Assembly: GCA_032718475.1 (NCBI GenBank) | Contig: JAUCBJ010007152.1 | Coordinates: 1 to 64,000 of the forward strand | Source: Nemertoderma westbladi | Lineage: Eukaryota; Animalia; Xenacoelomorpha | Length of the DNA: 64,000 bases | Direction: 5' to 3' | In this document: positions 57,290 to 64,000 of the stretch, piece after piece | Position numbering within the stretch: the stretch's first letter is position 1 | Layout of the letters: the number at the start of each line of letters is the position of its first letter | Translations under genes and position numbers: made by a program | Notes under the pieces: generated by a model | Seen by the model: only the letters and a program-made list of their open reading frames with translations | Told to the model about the DNA's origin: nothing | Database searches by the model: none

Positions 57290-59879
57290 CATATATGCAA
57301 TAATGCCGGGTCAATGGGACCAATAATAGTACATAATACGTACTATCGTTGGCACTGAGGGCGCCACGTGACGAGTTGAGCGGGATATGTAGGCGTGGTA
57401 GGATAAATAGTGTAGGCCGCACAAACTAGACTACTATAGCGCATAGCCCAGAGTGCAGACTTAGAGTATTGTTGCAGACCCAGAAAGCTGTCTGGTGGAA
57501 AGTTTGCATAACAATAGGAAAATTGTACTGTAGCTAGTAAACATACAATGAGTAGTGATGAATTACTTATGAAGTAATTAACTGATGGGGTGCTACTTAA
57601 TAAGTAGCAAAGATGTATAGATAAATAATTACAGCAAGGTGAAGAAATCGTATTAACTGAAAATTAAAAATTCTAGAAACATAATTAAAAAGTAATGGAC
57701 AAAATTGCGAAAGTAGGAAAAAATTGATACGTAACTCAAAAATTAATTGTAAAAAGGGAGATAAAAGTAGATAAAAGGTAAGCCATCGCTGATTTAATGC
57801 TGATTGAAACTGAAATTAGTTATCTCTTGCCCTACTGAGCCTTTGCAAGGCACCACCAGTTCGGTGAGAGAGAGAAATCGGGATGGCGGAGAAGTTAGTC
57901 AAGATGTGGAAGTCGGAAAAGAGTGAGAGTGAGCTATTAGTCGATTTCATGCGGAGACATCTGGAGAATAAGACGAGGAATTATTACAATCGACTCCCTA
58001 AGAGTCAGAAAGCATATGTGTTACAAGATCAGTACCGAGGTATGCACGAACACGATTAGTTCGAACCTACGGAACACCATCATTGGATGATGCGATTGAC
58101 AAACATCTTTGTTATGTCATAAAGGGGGAGGAGAGTTCCTTTGGGATTCCAAGGTATGAGAGGGAACCAGCTATGAAGGAATGGACGAAGTTTGTCGAAT
58201 CGGTAGATGGTTTACATGGTTTTGGGTAACGAGGGGACTGTAGAGGATGACGACGAGATGAGCATGGGGTCCAAGGGGTCGGGTAGAACTATATTGCTGC
58301 ATCTAGCGGCACCAAACGGAGATATTTTTCTGTTCGACCTGGGGACCTATGGAAAAAAGATGGACAAAGCTGAACCGTTTACCGGATGCGGTGCAGAAAC
58401 ACTGATTCCTCTGATTGACTGTTTTCTCTTGCAAGCCAGTTGCCAAAGAATTAGATTACTGATCTCAGATCCTGACACCCATCTATGATGCGTTATGCCT
58501 GTAAGGTGGTGCTGGATTTTGGCAATTCTCGGTCTTGACCAAGATTGTTGCAAGATGCCTAGTTTGTTGTTATTGAGCCTTGTTAAGTTTATGCGATGCA
58601 CCTTGTGCAGCATCCTGATGTGCGGTATGTAATTTATTGTTGGTTCACCATCAAGAATTTTGGTGTGTCATGCAGTCGAAGTGAACACATACCATATTCT
58701 AAACATTAACCATGCCAAGTTGTCTCCTGTTGGTTGCCTGCTGTCAGTTGTCGGTTTACTGATGTCGGCTGTCTGCTGTCAGTTCTCTGCTGTTTGTTGT
58801 CGGTTTTCTGCAACTGTCGGTTCCCAGTTCCAAAAGGTGGTTATTATTTAATATATAATGATACTAAAATTGTTTCTTCCTTTGTTTAGTAAGAATCAAT
58901 AAGATGGGATAAAATCGACACCAGTCTACGCCGCTTTCATTGACTTCAGGAAAGCTTTGATTCTTTGTCTGTATGTTTGTCTGTCTGTGTGTGTTATCTT
59001 ATTTTATCTATTACATAATAAAGAAAATAAACTACTGAGTCAGCAAGTTTGCTACCGGCGATTTTCTTGGTCGTTGAATTTGTTTTATGATGCCAGTTGT
59101 AATGCTTGACAGAATCTACGGTCTGTCTGTCTGTATGTATGTATGTATGTATGTATGTCTGACTGTCTGTCTGATTGACGTACAGATATACAGTACAGGC
59201 CACCAGAAAAAGCAGATTTCATCCAATGTGATCACATGTGAACACATTTGTTCAAGTCATCTGATTGGCAGGTTATGGCGAGTTATCTAGCTAACTTGCT
59301 GGGACCGACAAAGGCTTAGTGTGCGGTGCGCCTGTATGTCTGATATCAGGTAGATGAGAGAGCCCACAGGACGTAACATTGCGGACATGGGCTGTATTGG
59401 TAGAGAGAGAACTACATACAAGACCACATGGAGGTTCATGGAGTGTATGGGAGTGGATGGGTATATGGATGGACGAGCCTAGACCATTGAATAATTAATT
59501 TAGTGCAGGGAGATGTCGCGCCATTAGTCTGACACCGAGAGGGCATAGAGAAACACCAGAAGATGCCTTAACATCACTAACTATAGGCGTGCTTACTTGA
59601 GACACTATAAACCGCACACTATAAAGGTAAACAAAATCCTTATCGCATTTCCAGCTGCAGTGAGTGACAGTTCGCGGCAAACTACAGAGAGTTTCCAGAT
59701 TACTAAGCGTTTCAAAAGTATTCAATTGTATCCTTTGGCGAAAAAATTTCGGTTGTTGCCAATTCAATTATGTTCAATTATGTTCAATTGTCCCGTTCAA
59801 CAACATTACATTACACTGGTACACATTTGATAAAATGTGTTCACAATTGTACAAATCTGCGTTTTCTGGTGGCCTGTAC

Positions 59880-60370
59880 TGTACATAGAAACAGACAGTC
59901 ATGATTATGTTAAACATAAAAAACTGACATCGAAAATAAATTCGCCGACCTTATGGAAAACCCCATGGCCATATTATTGTAAAGTTAAATGATTTTATTC
60001 AATTTTTTTGACAGACATACATACATACAGACAGACAGATAGACAGACATACATAGAAACAAACAGGCAGTCAAGATGTCGTAAAAATAAAAACTGACTT
60101 CGAAAATGGATTCACCGACCTGGAAAACCCTATAGCCATATTATTGTAAAGTTAAATTATTTTCTTCAATTTTTTGACAGACATACATACAGACAAACAG
60201 ACAGATACAGTAGACTTTTATACATAGAAACAGACAGTCAAAAACGTAAAAAGTGACATCGGAAATGAGTTTGCCGACCTAGAAAACCCCCTAACCATAT
60301 TTTGGTGAGGTTATTTTCTTTATTTTTTGACAAACAGACAGACAACAGACAGACAGACAGACATTTAGAC
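59880..60370. repeat. About 175-bp repeat x3 with (CAGA/CATA)n, possibly Helentron-derived
   Basis: ACATAGAAAC...TTCGCCGACC..GAAAACCC...CATATT...TTTTTGACAGAC recurring. Confidence 0.65.
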
Positions 60371-61906
60371 AATTTCCGTCAGTGCTGCAACCTTACAAGG
60401 TCGATTTTTGGATTCTACAGTACGTTAAATTTTGATCTTAAATCAATAAAAAAATAAATTTGAATTTTTTTTTGTTTTCTATGATTTTTTCAAATGTTTG
60501 AAATTTGTGTCAAATGAGAGTATTTGAAATTGACCACCCCTTTCTATGTGTTGGGTCACAAGAAAACAAGAAACAACTATCTTTCTCATTAATTTGTTTC
60601 CTCAGACATATCTATCCCGTCTCTATTGAAACTGGCTTAAAAATTTTCAAAATGAATATTTATCCTGCGGTATTCTATTCTATTCTATTCTATTATATTC
60701 TATTCTTTTATACTGTAGCTTCCCTGAAATTCTTTCTCTCGCAAACCTAAAGGAGATTATTGATAAAATTAAATCACAATTTTCTTAAGCCCTGGATATA
60801 CTTCGTCTGATGTCAGACAAGTGTCTGATTTTAGACTCAGACAGTCAGTCTGATGACAGACTTGATCTAGTCTGCTAGTAGAGGCCCTACCCCATGTAAA
60901 ACTGAAATTTTAGTTTTCAGTTATACAGACTGACTGCGAGCTGACACCAAGATACTAAGATAAATACCAAGACTAAATACCAAGATAGCATAGAGGCCGA
61001 TCAGCCGATAGGCCATGCTACTGTACATTAACTGTCTCAAAATGGAATGTTTTAGTGTTTTACACTTCTAGCACGTTCCAAATTTAATTAGTCCTCACTG
61101 CCTAATGACAAATGAAATCATCTACTGTATTACCGGTATCTATTTTGTCTATGTAGACAGTCTAATTCGAGACGTTGTACCTCACACCACCTTATCTTAT
61201 TGGTATGTAGCTAAGCTACAGTCCCTATCTCATTCTAGATACCGTTTCTCAAACTGGGTACCTTTTCTCTTACCTCACTCTTACTAACTCAAACCTGTCT
61301 GGTTTACTCAAACCCAACTCAAACTCGCATAACCACCCACTGTGCACTGTGTAGCAGTCATACAACAAGCTGTCTGTGTTTAATGGCCCACTCTCTTCTG
61401 TTAACTCTGCATACGGGTTTGATGGTCTCCTGCTGTTATAACATTCCCTAAACTTGATTTGTTTGCGTGTAATTAACTCCAGTAGATAGTGAGAATTAAG
61501 TTGCAGACTCAATGACTCAATTTATTTTTAAATTTCAGAATAAAAAAATTATATGCTAAATTACTAAACTGAAGATTTATTAATTTTTTATTACATTTAT
61601 TAAGTATGTATGACTCATAACATATTAACGTTATTTTACATTAAAATATAACCATATAATATAACCAACCAATTTTATAAATTTAATTTAATGTCGCGTA
61701 TATTTCGCTAATGTTTCTAATGTTTAACTTTAATGTTTTACTAATGTTTTACTAATGTTTAATTCTCTATTACATCGTCAACACAATTATTCGCAATACA
61801 TCCGGGTGTGGGTATACCGGGCAAAGGGCCAAAGGAAACCTCTGTAATTATAGACAGGGCAATATTTATGGGAGGGGGGGGGGGGGTGTGGGTGTTGCGA
61901 GGTCCC

Positions 61907-62855
61907 GGTAGCACAAACTTAGTTCCAATCGCACATTTTCAAAGGCAAACTTAATTCCAATTGAAACGAATTTAGTTCCAAAATTAATTTTACAAATCGA
62001 ACTTAGTTCCAATCGAGGCGAACTTAGTTTCAATCCCAGAATATAAAAACGAACTTAGTTCCAATGGATGCGAATTTAGTTCCAATGGAAGCGAATTTAG
62101 TTCCAATGGAAGCGAATTTAGTTCGACTGGAAGCGAATTTAGTTCCAATGGAAGCGAATTTAGTTCCAATGGAAGCGAATTTAGTTCCAATGGAAGCGAA
62201 TTTAGTTCCAATGGGTACGAACTTAGTTTCAAAGTTTTAATCGTGGGGATAGCCACGTAGTAGGCGAAGCCTATTGCGTATTGTCAATATTTGGGGTGGG
62301 TCAGGGTCAACAATAATTGTAAATAATTGTAAAACCATTCAGTCATTTTTAAAAAACGAATTATTATTAAATGTATAATTACACATTTTGAATTATATAT
62401 TAATGACGAGTGTACTGATACTGACTGACTGAGTCTGTAGTATTATTTGGGTTAGGAGGTTGGGCGTAGTTTGGGTTATGAGCTTGGGCGTTGTTTGGGA
62501 TAAGATTGTTTTCGTTAGGAGGTTGGGCGTTTTGGGTTAGTTATTTACAATTATTGTTTAACCAGCCTCTTAATAGTGTCATTAAACAGATTCTTCGCCA
62601 ACTACGTGGCTCGCCCCTTTGGAACTAAATTCGCTTCCATTGGAACTAAATTCACATCCATTGGAGCTAAATTCGCATCCATTGGAACTAAATTCGCATA
62701 CATTTGAACTAAATTCGTTTGTTTTCGTTTTTCTCTAGTTATTGGAACTAAGTTCGCCTAAATTGGAACTAAATTCGCCAAAATTGGAACTAAATTCGTT
62801 TCCATTGGAACTAAATTCGCATGAGGCTTATATTGGAACTAAGTACGGGGAATCC
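61907..62855. mobile_element. Foldback MITE whose arms are 21-bp tandem repeats
   Basis: GCGAATTTAGTTCCAATGGAA arrays in opposite orientations, GG...CC ends, flanking direct repeat (C)GAGGTCCC at 61898-61906 and 62855-62863. Confidence 0.8.
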
Positions 62856-64000
62856 GAGGTCCCATATGCACTAATAATTCTTATTTAACCATTAGATTTT
62901 TAAACTGACATGTCTTGTAAGGTTGACATCAAACAGACAGACAACAGAGCACCAATTTCCCTCAACAATATTCCCAGAATTAAAACTTCTCTACAAACAG
63001 ACCGAGCCAGTGTGGTTTAGTTAACAACATATATTTAGTAGAGCAAAGGAACTGCGTGATTGACATGTCTTTTATGAGACACACCCCTAGTAGCACACCA
63101 ACGTTCACCTCACGTTTAGAATAGTTCTAATAACGTGGATAACGTTGTTCTGATAACGTTCTAGGTGCGTTCACTGTACACGTTCATCTAGGAAGGGATT
63201 TGTCGCGCTCAAAAAACGTTGATTCGACGTCATCTTATAAACGTTAGATATTCGTTCTAAAATGGTCCGTTCAACTAATTATTTACCGAACTCCTTTTGA
63301 ACGGTTTAATATTGTTTTGAAAAGGTTCAATAATGGTTCCTTCAAACGTTCAAAACTGTTGGTTTGAACTGTGCTTGAACTAAAAGTGTAGTTCAAATAT
63401 ATAATTTCGAACGAATATTTAACCACTGCTAAATAGCTGTCAATCATTCACTATTAAATGATAATATGGCAAAATGCCCCTCCCCCCCCCCCCCCCCCCC
63501 CTGGACAACTGACCATAGATTTATTTATACATTATGTAAAAACAATAACAAATACACCAAACAATGTACCGGTATAAAGGTATTGTCCAACATAACATAT
63601 AGGATTACCCCTAAAGCTTTGCAGCTTATTTCCAAGGGGGTCCTTTATGTTACTTGGTTACAAATACAATATTACACTACGCTAACCTAAAACCAATATA
63701 AAACGTAATTACACTATGTACATGTACAACTTTACCGAGAGCGTGACAATGCCCGACTCAACGATAAAGTTGTAATGTACAGAACAATTTATTATAAAAC
63801 GTAATTACAGTATAAATAGTAAATAATTAATAAACTAATAACTTACTGTAGGACTATTGTACCTATTTTTACATTGCACACGGAGATGAGATTTAACTGC
63901 AGATTTAAAAGAATGTTGATTATTTAGGTTTTTAATTTCATTAGGCAGAGCGTTCCAATTTTTTATGCCGTTAAAAAAGAAAGTATCAGATTCAAAGGAT

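Noticed and set aside
57370-58970. Further gag-like and RT fragments (e.g. VYAAFIDFRKAFDS near 58925)
   Set aside because: Too short and decayed to delimit or classify.
61990-62256. LRR-like ORF (LELNSLP)n
   Set aside because: It is the translation of the 21-bp MITE repeat.

Overview
This is AT-rich eukaryotic (probably invertebrate) DNA made almost entirely of nested mobile elements; no host gene is recognisable. Two elements dominate. (1) A 20.6-kb BEL/Pao LTR retrotransposon (5021-25614, TSD CCTTA). Its 1904-bp LTRs are near-identical, have non-canonical TA...TA ends and carry a tRNA-like Pol III cassette. It has a gag-pol frame with one in-frame TGA, a third zinc-knuckle ORF region behind splice-like signals, and a conserved hairpin recurring about every 2-2.5 kb. 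A LINE with intact ORF2 is inserted in its 3' LTR. (2) A complete 18.7-kb Maverick/Polinton (adintovirus-like) endogenous virus (38611-57289, AGTAGT termini, TSD CATATA). It encodes pPolB, integrase, packaging ATPase, adenain protease, major capsid, two minor capsids, core proteins, a RING protein and a TATA-binding-protein-like gene. Its TIRs contain CCAAT boxes, micro-exon-like repeats and a tRNA-like cassette. The remainder is decayed CRE, THAP/P, RING-Tc1/mariner, Gypsy and BEL remnants, tandem repeats and a foldback MITE. All assignments come from reading motifs by eye; no searches were run.
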